A stretch of 64,000 nt of DNA from assembly GCA_014240255.1 (NCBI GenBank), contig JAAZXG010000002.1, positions 16,191-80,190 on the forward strand, read 5' to 3'. Source of the stretch: Methanobacteriota archaeon. Lineage in GTDB: Archaea > Thermoplasmatota > Poseidoniia > MGIII > CG-Epi1. Position numbers and translations under genes: made by a program. The notes below the pieces were generated by a model. It had not been told where the DNA came from, ran no database searches, and was given only the letters and a program-made list of their open reading frames with translations. This document shows, piece after piece, positions 36,566-45,208 of this stretch; position 1 is the first letter of the stretch, and each line of letters starts with the position of its first letter.

Positions 36566-38173
36566 ATGAAGGTTTTTAATCACAAATTATTGAAAGATGG
36601 CCCCTTAGAAGACAGACAATATCAGGCAAATATTTCACAAGCCTGTCTTGAGCAATCCACACTTGTAATTCTACCAACTGGTATGGGTAAAACAGTTATA
36701 GCTTTAAGAGTAATTTTAGAGCGTTTAGAGGAAGGTCCAATTCTTTTGATGGCTCCCACAAAACCTCTTGCTCAACAGCATGCCGATTTTCTAAATAAAT
36801 TTTTGGATGTAGATATTAATCTTTTTACTGGAGCTATCGCACCCAAACTCCGTGAACCCTTGTGGAATTCTTCCAAAATTATAGTTTCAACACCTCAGGT
36901 TGTTTCAAAAGATATAGAAAATGGACGTGTGAACTTAACGAATTTTTCCCTAGTAATCTTTGATGAGGCGCACAGAGCCGTTGGGAATTATGCCTACGTT
37001 TCAATCGGCCGTCATTATTCATCAGTTTCTAATAATCATTTAGCAATAGGTATGACTGCTTCACCAGGTAGTTCCAAGCCAGAGATTATTCGTTTATGTC
37101 GTGATTTAGGTCTTTCAGCAGTGGAAAATAGAGATGATACCGATCCTGATGTGATATCTTATATTCAGCCAATCAAAACAAGATGGATCCGAATAGAGAT
37201 GCCACTCAGTGTTAAGGATATTGCCAATCAATTAAGAAAATTACAAGATTATCTTTGTGGAAAATTGTACAAACAAGGCATCATAGAGAGACCCCGAAAA
37301 GTATCAACTACTATGTTAATAGAGGCCGGAAGAAAATTACAAATGACTTATATTAAAACTAAACCAAATACCCCTCCTCAAACATTTACCATGATGACAA
37401 CCCAAGCAATGGCCATGAAAGTGGCACATGCTATTTTGACGGTTGAAACACAAGGTATGCTTCAATTCTTAGATTATACTTCGCGAATAGAGAAAGATGC
37501 TAAAGATAAGAAAAAAGCTAGTCGAGCTAATAAGTGGCTCTCATCGAATTCAGATTGGAAGATTGCTCAGAAAATTGCTAAATCTAATCCCACGGATCAT
37601 CCAAAATTAGAACGTTTACTTGAATTAATTGAAGTCCAGATACATTCTGGTTCATCTCGTTTTATTATATTTGCAGAAATAAGACATACAGCAACATTAA
37701 TTGTTGAACACTTAGAAAAGATACAGGGTGCTAAACCGGTTCGTTTTGTTGGCCAAGGTTCTCGTGTAGGGGATAAGGGTATGACGCAGAAACAACAGAA
37801 GGAAATATTAGATAAGTTTAGGAATGATGAATTTAATATTCTAGTTGCAACCTCAGTTGGTGAAGAAGGTTTAGATATACCTTCTACAGATGTCGTTGTA
37901 TTCTTCGAACCAGTTTCATCAGCTATACGTATGATTCAAAGACGGGGCCGAACTGGACGCAATAGACCAGGAGAGGTGTTTATTTTTGTTACTAAAGGAA
38001 GTAGAGATGAGGCTGCTTTTTGGAGTAGTCGAGATAAAGAGCAGAAGATGCATGACCTTTTTTCAGCAGGTCGGATAGAAATAGATGTACCAACCAGTGA
38101 AGAATTAGCTGGCTCTAATATTATTGATTCTTCAAATACAAGTTCAGTTCAGACAACTTTTCAACGGAAATAG
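36566..38173 (+). CDS. hef: Hef/FANCM-like SF2 helicase lacking the ERCC4 nuclease domain
   Basis: ..DRQYQ......LVILPTGMGKT (I), FDEAHRAVG (II, DEAH) and QRRGRTGR (VI), with a helical insertion between the RecA lobes as in Hef. The protein ends ~70 aa after motif VI with no GDx(n)ERK motif. Confidence 0.8.
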   Translation: MKVFNHKLLKDGPLEDRQYQANISQACLEQSTLVILPTGMGKTVIALRVILERLEEGPILLMAPTKPLAQQHADFLNKFLDVDINLFTGAIAPKLREPLWNSSKIIVSTPQVVSKDIENGRVNLTNFSLVIFDEAHRAVGNYAYVSIGRHYSSVSNNHLAIGMTASPGSSKPEIIRLCRDLGLSAVENRDDTDPDVISYIQPIKTRWIRIEMPLSVKDIANQLRKLQDYLCGKLYKQGIIERPRKVSTTMLIEAGRKLQMTYIKTKPNTPPQTFTMMTTQAMAMKVAHAILTVETQGMLQFLDYTSRIEKDAKDKKKASRANKWLSSNSDWKIAQKIAKSNPTDHPKLERLLELIEVQIHSGSSRFIIFAEIRHTATLIVEHLEKIQGAKPVRFVGQGSRVGDKGMTQKQQKEILDKFRNDEFNILVATSVGEEGLDIPSTDVVVFFEPVSSAIRMIQRRGRTGRNRPGEVFIFVTKGSRDEAAFWSSRDKEQKMHDLFSAGRIEIDVPTSEELAGSNIIDSSNTSSVQTTFQRK

Positions 38174-38219
38174 TGAGTATCAGAACTAATATTATACAGA
38201 CCCGTTCTAATGGACATAC

Positions 38220-38888
38220 ATGCGTAGAAATCCAACAGTTCCTTTGAAAGAGGAAGTTAAGTATGGACATGGCTTTTTCAGGGGTGAAAAATGCCCATTA
38301 AGTGGAGAAGAAGGAGTTTTAGTAATGTCCCCAAGACATTTAGATCAGTTTGGAAGAGTAATGGCAGGTGTATTGCGCCATTTTCCAGATAGGTTTGATC
38401 TTGAGATGGATCAGCAAGGCTGGATTGAAGCTTCAGAATTTATTGATGCAGTCAAGTCACAACGACGTCATTTTCATTATCTTGAAACTAAACATTTGCA
38501 AGCTGTTGTTGAAACCGATCCTAAAGGCAGATATCAATTGAAAAATGGTAGACTAAGGGCAACTTATGCTCATACTTTAGATTTAGAATTAGATTTGCCA
38601 ACTGATAAAAATCCAGAACATCTTTACTTTGCTTGTTCGAAAGACGATTCAACCGAATATCTTGAACATGGTTTATATCCTGGAGATAGGAATATGGTTC
38701 ATCTTTCAAGTACTAGATTAAATGCTTTGGAAGCTGGTCGCCATATAATTGGAAAGCCGATAGTGTTGTTAGTTGATGTAAGGGCTGCCGAAGGAGCAGA
38801 TTGTGCAATAATGAAGGCAGGAACTACGGTTTATCTTGTTAAAGAACTTCCTGGAGATTTTCTTAAGAAACTCCCTGACAGTACATAA
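38220..38888 (+). CDS. kptA: RNA 2'-phosphotransferase (Tpt1/KptA family)
   Basis: ..VLRHFPDRFDLEMDQQGW... and a C-terminal ..VHLS.. region match the KptA pattern. The ~35-aa N-terminal extension may reflect a later true start (ATG at 38325). Confidence 0.75.
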   Translation: MRRNPTVPLKEEVKYGHGFFRGEKCPLSGEEGVLVMSPRHLDQFGRVMAGVLRHFPDRFDLEMDQQGWIEASEFIDAVKSQRRHFHYLETKHLQAVVETDPKGRYQLKNGRLRATYAHTLDLELDLPTDKNPEHLYFACSKDDSTEYLEHGLYPGDRNMVHLSSTRLNALEAGRHIIGKPIVLLVDVRAAEGADCAIMKAGTTVYLVKELPGDFLKKLPDST

Positions 38889-38903
38889 TTACTCTGATAT
38901 CGA

Positions 38904-40460
38904 ATGACAAGTAGTCCAGATAATATAGAGAGAAGACAAGTATCTCGTGTTTTAATCAGTGTTAGTGATAAAACTAAAATTATAGATTTAGCAAAAAAAT
39001 TAAACAAAATGGGTGTTGAGATAGTATCAACTGGTGGGACTTCACAGGTTATTTCTGATCAAGGAATAAATGTAGTTTCAGTAGATACAGTTACAAATTT
39101 TCCAGAAATGATGAGCGGGCGTGTAAAAACACTTCATCCTCTAATCTTTGGAGGCATTCTTGCTAGAGATGAAGATAGCAAAGAAGTTGAAGAACATAAT
39201 ATTGGGATTTTTGATATGGTAATTTGTAATTTATATCCATTTAGAGAGGCCATTTCTAAAAATTTAGACTTAGCTTCAATTATTGAACAGATCGATATAG
39301 GTGGACCAAGTTTATTGAGGGCTGCAGCTAAAAATCATTCTAGAGTAGCAGTTGTTACTGATGCGGATGATTATGATTGGATTGCTGATGAAATTAAATT
39401 AGGTGGTTTAAATTTATTGCAAAGACAAGATTTAGCATTGAAAGCATTTCGTCATACTGCTGAGTATGACTCCACTATACAGTTTGAATTAGGTTCTAGA
39501 TTTGGAGAAGAAGGACTCCCTTCTTCTTTACATGTTACTGGATTGGGAAGTCCTCCATTACGTTATGGAGAAAATCCACATCAATCTGCGATTTTCTATT
39601 CAGATTTATTGAGTACAACGCCTTCAGTTTCAAATGCCGAGCAAATACAAGGAAAGCAGTTAAGTTATAACAATCTTCTTGATTTTGATGCGGCTTTGGC
39701 AATGGTTACTGAATTTGAAGAACCAACAATTGTTGTTGTTAAACATAACAATCCTTGCGGTGCAGCCAGTGCCGATAATTTAGTTGAAGCTTATAACTCT
39801 GCAATAAATACAGATCCTATGAGTTCTTTTGGAGGGATTATAGCTCTCAACAGAGAAGTTAATGGCGAATTATCAAAAAAGATTATATCTTCTTTCAAAG
39901 AAGGCGTCATAGCTCCCTCGTTTAATTCAGAAGCTCGTGAAGTTTTATCTCAAAAAGAAAATTTAAGAGTATTAGAAACTGGCCCACTTGATAATTATGA
40001 AAGAAGTTTTAGCTTGCGTTCACTAGATCAGGGTTGGCTTATGCAGGAATCTGATGAAGCCACTATAGATATTTCAGATTGCAAAGTTGTAACTGAGAGG
40101 CACCCTACCAAAGAAGAATTAGATGGTTTACAATTCGGTTGGAGAATAGTTAAGCATGTTAAGAGTAATGCGATAGTTTTTACACGGCAAAAATGTACGG
40201 TTGGTATTGGTGCAGGTCAGATGTCTCGTATAGATTCAGTTAAAATTGCAACCTTTAAATCAATCCCTAATGCACAAGGTACGGTTATGTCATCTGATGC
40301 TTTTTTCCCATTTAGAGATGGACTTGATGAAGCTGCAAAAGCAGGAGTAACTGCAGTTATTCAACCGGGTGGTTCTTTACGTGATCAAGAAGTTATAGAT
40401 GCCGCAAATGAAAATGGGATGGCTATGGTATTTACAGGAATGAGGCATTTTAAACACTAA
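38904..40460 (+). CDS. purH: bifunctional AICAR formyltransferase / IMP cyclohydrolase
   Basis: MGS-like N-domain VLISVSDKT...STGGT, plus GRVKTLHP, GGILARD, KHNNPCG and QPGGSLRD. 518 aa. Confidence 0.95.
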   Translation: MTSSPDNIERRQVSRVLISVSDKTKIIDLAKKLNKMGVEIVSTGGTSQVISDQGINVVSVDTVTNFPEMMSGRVKTLHPLIFGGILARDEDSKEVEEHNIGIFDMVICNLYPFREAISKNLDLASIIEQIDIGGPSLLRAAAKNHSRVAVVTDADDYDWIADEIKLGGLNLLQRQDLALKAFRHTAEYDSTIQFELGSRFGEEGLPSSLHVTGLGSPPLRYGENPHQSAIFYSDLLSTTPSVSNAEQIQGKQLSYNNLLDFDAALAMVTEFEEPTIVVVKHNNPCGAASADNLVEAYNSAINTDPMSSFGGIIALNREVNGELSKKIISSFKEGVIAPSFNSEAREVLSQKENLRVLETGPLDNYERSFSLRSLDQGWLMQESDEATIDISDCKVVTERHPTKEELDGLQFGWRIVKHVKSNAIVFTRQKCTVGIGAGQMSRIDSVKIATFKSIPNAQGTVMSSDAFFPFRDGLDEAAKAGVTAVIQPGGSLRDQEVIDAANENGMAMVFTGMRHFKH

Positions 40461-41086
40461 TGGAAGAAATCTGGATATTCTGTGAAATGTGTGGCGAAGA
40501 ATGTCCACATAAAGTTCTAAAAAGTCGTACATCTTCTAAAAAAGGCTTTAGTTTCCAAGGAGTTGTTACATGTTTAGAATGTAATTTTACTGGCCCAACT
40601 GAGATTAAAGAAGAACCTCCCTTAGAGTTAAGATTACGTATTTCAAATGATGAAAAAACGGTAAATGGATCCATAAGTGTAGATAGGGGTATTGTGATTA
40701 GTGTAGGTGAAACTCGACCACATCCTGATGGTTTAATTTTGGTTACAGGTCTTGAATTAGATGGTAAACGTCCACCTGCAGCATATTCACAGGATAATCC
40801 TATTATATGGGCTAAAAGGGCAACACATGCTCGAGTTAGATTTGCAATACATGATGGTGAATCTACGATTTCAGTCAAACAAGAATTTGAATCTCAAGAA
40901 GAGTTTAGAGTAGGTGATACAGTTCGTATTGAAGGTAAAATGACAAGGATAAAAGCAATTAACTTACATGGTGGTAAGCTAGTAAAAATGGCATATGCTT
41001 TAGAGATTTCAAGAATAACATGCTTTTATTTACCTGAAAAAAAATTCAGCTCAAGAGGGTCTCGGTATAATGGAAAAAGAAGTTGA
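40460..41086 (+). CDS. conserved archaeal zinc-finger protein (COG1326/HVO_0476-like), function unknown
   Basis: N-terminal C4 ribbon CEMCGEE..H...CLECNF followed by a beta-rich body. ~208 aa, the length and layout I associate with this archaeal family. Its ATG shares one nt with the purH stop (TAATG). Confidence 0.55.
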   Translation: MEEIWIFCEMCGEECPHKVLKSRTSSKKGFSFQGVVTCLECNFTGPTEIKEEPPLELRLRISNDEKTVNGSISVDRGIVISVGETRPHPDGLILVTGLELDGKRPPAAYSQDNPIIWAKRATHARVRFAIHDGESTISVKQEFESQEEFRVGDTVRIEGKMTRIKAINLHGGKLVKMAYALEISRITCFYLPEKKFSSRGSRYNGKRS

Positions 41087-42257
41087 ATCTGCGAATGAAA
41101 AATCCGGTTCTGAAAATGCAGTACCTAATAATCATAAAGTAATTACAAATATGGATATTCTAAAGATTATATTTTCCAGAAAAACGGCACCACATGCTAT
41201 TTCTTTATCAATTTTTTTAATTTTTTTGGGTTTTTTTAGCCGTAATTCAAATCAATTCTTTATAGATTTGATTTTAATTATGGGTTTTGGTTTCTCATGG
41301 GGTTATTTGATTACAGCTTTCTTAATGCGTTTTGATTCTGTAAAGAGTTATTCCGTTGGAAGTTATCGAAATATTCTTTTAATTCCCATTAGTTTGTCTT
41401 TATTGATATCATTAATAATATACTACACCTTTGAATTTACAAACTATGGGGAGAGCCTCCGTGATTTTTTATCATTAGCCTTAGTAATTATATTCATATT
41501 ATGGCAGTTTGCACAAGCTTGGTGGATGCGTGTACCATTCAAGGAATTTGCTCTTAAAAAGATGGTTAAAGTGAATAGCAAAAACCGTTCTAGCTTTGGA
41601 AAATATATGAATGCCGTTTCTCCACTTTTTTGGGCAGTAATTGGTTTTGGTATATTTTTAATTTTGGAATCTCAAGGTATATCTTTTAGTTTGACATTCA
41701 AGATTTTTTGGTTTGCTATGTTGACGGTTCTAGGTTCTTTAACATTTTATTTCTTAAATAGAATGAATTCTAAGAATTGGTCAGATCCTATGATTTCCGT
41801 TTTTTCAGGTTATTTTGCAATAGGTTATTGGAGTTTCTTAGCATATCATTTAGGAGTTATGCTTTATTCTCGGGAAAGTCAACCTAGCTTTGTCTTCGAT
41901 TTAATATTTATGATTTTCACAATTATGCTAGTCATATATTCTCTTTCAGCCCAGACTCTTCGTTCAGAGAAAAGAAAAAGCAAAGTGAGCAATGAGAAAA
42001 TGAATCTTATGAATCGCCATAATGTTATTTTGTATGCGATTTCTTTTACAGCAGCTTATGGGGCAAGTAATTTTTTCCTCGCATCCGAAGGCACTTCTTT
42101 TGTAAGTGATATTCGAAATGTTGGATTTTTCTCTCATTTAATAGTTATAGTTTCTGGAATTGTGGTAATATTATTGGCCAATTACACAGCATTGGTTGGT
42201 CGAGGGTTAATTGATCAAGGTTTTGTAGATTCGATACGTACCCCAAAAGATAATTAG
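41070..42257 (+). CDS. polytopic membrane protein, function unknown
   Basis: 395 aa with ~9-10 hydrophobic helices. It overlaps the preceding gene by 17 nt. No family recognised. Confidence 0.6.
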   Translation: MEKEVESANEKSGSENAVPNNHKVITNMDILKIIFSRKTAPHAISLSIFLIFLGFFSRNSNQFFIDLILIMGFGFSWGYLITAFLMRFDSVKSYSVGSYRNILLIPISLSLLISLIIYYTFEFTNYGESLRDFLSLALVIIFILWQFAQAWWMRVPFKEFALKKMVKVNSKNRSSFGKYMNAVSPLFWAVIGFGIFLILESQGISFSLTFKIFWFAMLTVLGSLTFYFLNRMNSKNWSDPMISVFSGYFAIGYWSFLAYHLGVMLYSRESQPSFVFDLIFMIFTIMLVIYSLSAQTLRSEKRKSKVSNEKMNLMNRHNVILYAISFTAAYGASNFFLASEGTSFVSDIRNVGFFSHLIVIVSGIVVILLANYTALVGRGLIDQGFVDSIRTPKDN

Positions 42258-42277
42258 TATATTCTTTTAAGTAGTTT

Positions 42278-42505
42278 ATGAATTGGAAACTTTTATTCAC
42301 ATTAGATGCAGCCAGAGATCCGGAATTAGCTCCACATGTATATCTTTTGTATTTACTTTTATGGACTTTTTTTGTAGGTCTTTTTGTTTTGTTCGTTTTT
42401 CCAATTATAGGCAATACGTTAGGCTTTGTTATAATTGGGATATTGATAATTATTTTTGTATATTTGGTTTGGTATTTTCATAATAATAGACTTTTTGCAG
42501 ATTAA
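42278..42505 (+). CDS. small two-TM membrane protein
   Basis: 75 aa with two long hydrophobic stretches (VYLLYLLLWTFFVGLFVLFVFPII, FVIIGILIIIFVYLVWYF). It lies 20 nt after the preceding membrane gene. The overlapping ORF 42283..42483 in another frame looks spurious. Confidence 0.45.
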   Translation: MNWKLLFTLDAARDPELAPHVYLLYLLLWTFFVGLFVLFVFPIIGNTLGFVIIGILIIIFVYLVWYFHNNRLFAD

Positions 42506-42506
42506 T

Positions 42507-42932
42507 TCAAAAATCAATTTCAAAACGATTTCCAAAACCTTTTGAATTATCGATGAGTCTAGCCCAAGAAAAAATGAATTTGTATAATTTCACTTTTTCT
42601 AAAGATTTTGAAAGAGTTTTATTGTCTTTAATATATGGGAACTTATCAAAATAAATCTTCCAATCATTTTCATTAGCTAATTCTACGTATCCTTTTAGTT
42701 GTAATCCTTTGATAATTTCCCAATCCAGTCCGTCATTTTGTATTGTAACAGCACATCTTTTTTCAACAAGCGAATTTGCCATATGTTCCGACTTTGGACT
42801 ACTAACAAAGACTAAATAGTCACATTTTTTTGTTTCAGCATAAAATACAGCAGCAGCAGAAATACCTTTTTTACCGACGGTAGCCAGTGTCATAGTATTG
42901 TGTTTTTCAAGATATTTTTTAATTCTTTCCAT
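42507..42932 (-). CDS. pyridoxamine 5'-phosphate oxidase-like FMN-binding split-barrel protein
   Basis: From the internal ATG (MERIKKYLEKHNTMTLATV..GISAAAVFY...LVFVSSP.S.H..N....CAVTI) it matches the Pyridox_oxase_2 pattern. The longer ORF to 43037 would overlap rps19e and its promoter. Confidence 0.7.
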   Translation of the reverse strand: MERIKKYLEKHNTMTLATVGKKGISAAAVFYAETKKCDYLVFVSSPKSEHMANSLVEKRCAVTIQNDGLDWEIIKGLQLKGYVELANENDWKIYFDKFPYIKDNKTLSKSLEKVKLYKFIFSWARLIDNSKGFGNRFEIDF

Positions 42933-43004
42933 TAATATTTCAATTAGGCTTAAGTTTATAATATAGTCCGTGTGGCGCGTCATCCCCGTAGAGGATTTAT
43001 CCAC

Positions 43005-43457
43005 GTGACAACACAATACGACGTACCTGGTGAACATTTAGTTGGCGCACTTGCCAACACATTGAAGAGCGATGACGCTATTTCTCCTCCTGATTGGTCT
43101 CATTTTGTAAAAACGGCAGTTCATAAAGAAAAATCACCTACTCAACCAGATTGGTGGTATTACCGCACAGCTTCAGTATTGAGGAAGATAGGAGTAAATG
43201 GCCCAATTGGAACTGAACGCTTAGCAAAACATTATTCTGGCTCTCGTGATAGAGGTTCAAAGCCAAATAGAAGTCTTGGCGGAAGTCGTAAGATTCTTAG
43301 ATCAATTATGCAACAGCTTGAAATTGCAGGTTTCATAGTAAAATCAAAACAAGGCGGTCGTGGTTTAACGCCTAAAGGACAATCAATATTAGATAATACT
43401 GCATTTGCAGTTAAGAAGAATTTGCAAAAGGAGATGAGTTCACTCAGTAAATATTAA
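43005..43457 (+). CDS. rps19e: 30S ribosomal protein S19e
   Basis: A GTG at 43005 gives the N-terminus [13 protein letters not shown], as in typical S19e (..YDVP..). [16 protein letters not shown] is the S19e signature. GAGGA lies at 42991-42995. The ORF track's GTG at 42972 adds a non-conserved N-terminus. Confidence 0.85.
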   Translation: MTTQYDVPGEHLVGALANTLKSDDAISPPDWSHFVKTAVHKEKSPTQPDWWYYRTASVLRKIGVNGPIGTERLAKHYSGSRDRGSKPNRSLGGSRKILRSIMQQLEIAGFIVKSKQGGRGLTPKGQSILDNTAFAVKKNLQKEMSSLSKY

Positions 43458-43612
43458 TGTCAAGTAGGAAAGTTTACGGTAAGAAATTGCGTTTGAATAA
43501 ATTAGTCAAGCGTAATCGCAGAGTTCCAGCTTGGGTTATTCAAAGAACTAATCGTAGATTTACTAATCATCCAAAACGTCATTTCTGGCGTCGTGGTAAA
43601 TTACATAGGTGA
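43457..43612 (+). CDS. rpl39e: 50S ribosomal protein L39e (51 aa, below the ORF-track cutoff)
   Basis: My own translation is [51 protein letters not shown]. It is basic with the L39e pattern (..N..VP.WV...T.....NP.RR.WRR..L). Its ATG overlaps the S19e stop (TAATG). Confidence 0.85.
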   Translation: MSSRKVYGKKLRLNKLVKRNRRVPAWVIQRTNRRFTNHPKRHFWRRGKLHR

Positions 43613-43618
43613 TAAAAT

Positions 43619-43945
43619 ATGGCAGATGACGAATTAATGCAGGAGAGATTGTACACTATACCTTTACGTAAATTACACAAAGTCCCTCGTACTCGAAGAG
43701 CTCCAGTAGCTATGCGTATTGTTGAAGATTTTGTTACAAGACATATGAAACCTGAAAGAGATGGCGAAGTTTTGCGAAAATCTTCAGATGCTCGTAGTGG
43801 AAGTGGTGAAGATAAGCAATTATTTATCGATCCTCCAGTAAATCAATATATCTGGTCTAGGGGAATCGAAAAACCACCTTCAAAAGTTAGAGTTCGAGCT
43901 TTAAAATTCGAAGATGGCAGTGTAATTGTACATCTTGCCGAATAG
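43619..43945 (+). CDS. rpl31e: 50S ribosomal protein L31e
   Basis: ERLYTIPLRK....PR.RRAP.AMRIV..FV.RHMK and N..IWSRGIEKPPSKVRVRA match L31e. A ~18-aa insert (ERDGEVLRKSSDARSGSG) is present relative to the H. marismortui protein as I recall it. Confidence 0.85.
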   Translation: MADDELMQERLYTIPLRKLHKVPRTRRAPVAMRIVEDFVTRHMKPERDGEVLRKSSDARSGSGEDKQLFIDPPVNQYIWSRGIEKPPSKVRVRALKFEDGSVIVHLAE

Positions 43946-43950
43946 GCATT

Positions 43951-44628
43951 ATGGCATTAATTCAAAAGAATCTTTTCAATAGTCCTTATTCAGGGGTTTT
44001 TTGTGCTACTAATGACTCTTTAACATTAATCCCTCCAGGGATACCTGAAAATGATATGCAGGCTATTTCTGAAGCTTTAGACACTAAAATTGAGGTAATA
44101 ACAATAGGTGGTAGTAGTGTCTTAGGAACTTTATTGGTTATGAATAATCATGGTATTCTAGTTTCTAATTTAGTAACTTCGCTCGAAGTGGAAAAGTTTG
44201 AATCACTTTCAGATAATTATAATTTAAAATTTGGAATACTTTCAGACAGATCTAATGCAAATGGAAATAATTTTTTAGTCAATGATAGTGGAGGCTTTTG
44301 TAATGAAAACTTGAGTCCGAGGTCGATAAAAGCAGCTGAGGAAGTTTTGGGGGTCCAAATCAAAGCACTTTCCTTAAATCAAATGGATACCTTAGGCATG
44401 ATTGGATGCATAAATAATAGAGGAGGCCTTTGCCATCCCGACATTTCAGATGAAGAAAGAGGCATTATGGAAAAAACATTAGATATTTCCGTTATGGAAG
44501 GGACGGTCAATTTTGGTATGCCTTTAGTTGGTGCTGGAGTTGTATCTTCTTCTAATGGTGCAGTTTGTGGTCAGCAAAGTACAGGTATAGAGTTAGGACG
44601 TATCGAAGAAGCACTTAAGTTGTTCTAA
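43951..44628 (+). CDS. eif6: translation initiation factor 6 (aIF6)
   Basis: 225 aa with pentein-type repeats (SPYSGVF.., IGGSSVLGTLLV.NNHG.LV, ..NANGNN.LVN..). It holds the conserved position after L31e in the archaeal cluster. Confidence 0.85.
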   Translation: MALIQKNLFNSPYSGVFCATNDSLTLIPPGIPENDMQAISEALDTKIEVITIGGSSVLGTLLVMNNHGILVSNLVTSLEVEKFESLSDNYNLKFGILSDRSNANGNNFLVNDSGGFCNENLSPRSIKAAEEVLGVQIKALSLNQMDTLGMIGCINNRGGLCHPDISDEERGIMEKTLDISVMEGTVNFGMPLVGAGVVSSSNGAVCGQQSTGIELGRIEEALKLF

Positions 44629-45139
44629 TCTTATGGATGATGGTTGTAATTGCACCGATTTCAGTATCTAATTCCAATTTGATGTTTTTATTACTTACAT
44701 CACAGTGATATTCTGAATTATCCAATAATCTATTAATATTTTTATTTCTTTTATCATCCGTTCCAAAAATTAGTGCAATTTTTTTTTCTGTAGATATTTT
44801 AGCAATTTGGTTAATATCTATGCTTTTTTTTTGGTCTGGTTTTGAAGTCAAAATAATTTTTTTGCCAAAATTATTTGAAATTGGTAAAACTGAGATTTGA
44901 AGTCTACCTTTTTCAGCTAATGTTATTAATTTTTCTCCGCCACTCCCGATGCTAGTTGCTGGGGCTATTTCTTTAGCAAAATTTAATGGACTACTATTTA
45001 TCTGAAAATTAACTAATGTTAAGTGGAAATTATAGGCTATACAAATAGGTGCTATTTTTGCAATTAATCGTCGGTGTTTGTCATTAAACTCTTCATTTTT
45101 TTTAGAGTTTATAATTATAATATTTAAGGGGGGTGCCAC
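44615..45139 (-). CDS. hypothetical protein, possibly a SPOUT-fold (DUF531-like) methyltransferase
   Basis: GTG start. The C-terminal ALIFGTDDK.......LLDNSEYHCDVS......LELDTEIGAITTIIHKI resembles the trefoil-knot SAM region of SPOUT enzymes. This is a weak call by eye. Confidence 0.4.
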   Translation of the reverse strand: MAPPLNIIIINSKKNEEFNDKHRRLIAKIAPICIAYNFHLTLVNFQINSSPLNFAKEIAPATSIGSGGEKLITLAEKGRLQISVLPISNNFGKKIILTSKPDQKKSIDINQIAKISTEKKIALIFGTDDKRNKNINRLLDNSEYHCDVSNKNIKLELDTEIGAITTIIHKIRTT

Positions 45140-45208
45140 AAGTGTGTCAGGGGAGTCCCTTTTAAGGGGGTTTATTCATGACATTAACTACTGATTTGAG
45201 GCTAAATA

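Noticed and set aside
40450-40878. 142-aa minus-strand ORF opposite the Zn-finger gene
   Set aside because: It has no recognisable motifs and lies entirely antisense to a gene with a clear C4 ribbon and operon context. It would also overlap the purH 3' end.
42972-43004. Long N-terminus of S19e from the GTG at 42972, and the long form of the opposite PNPOx-like ORF to 43037
   Set aside because: The two long forms would overlap each other and the shared promoter. The conserved S19e N-terminus begins at the GTG at 43005, preceded by GAGGA. The PNPOx-like homology begins at the ATG at 42932.
45121-45170. Direct repeat TTTAAGGGGG (about 45123-45132 and 45161-45170) upstream of gyrA as a regulatory element
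   Set aside because: The first copy lies within the first codons of the divergent SPOUT-like ORF (it encodes APPLN). With only two short copies, chance or coding constraint cannot be excluded.
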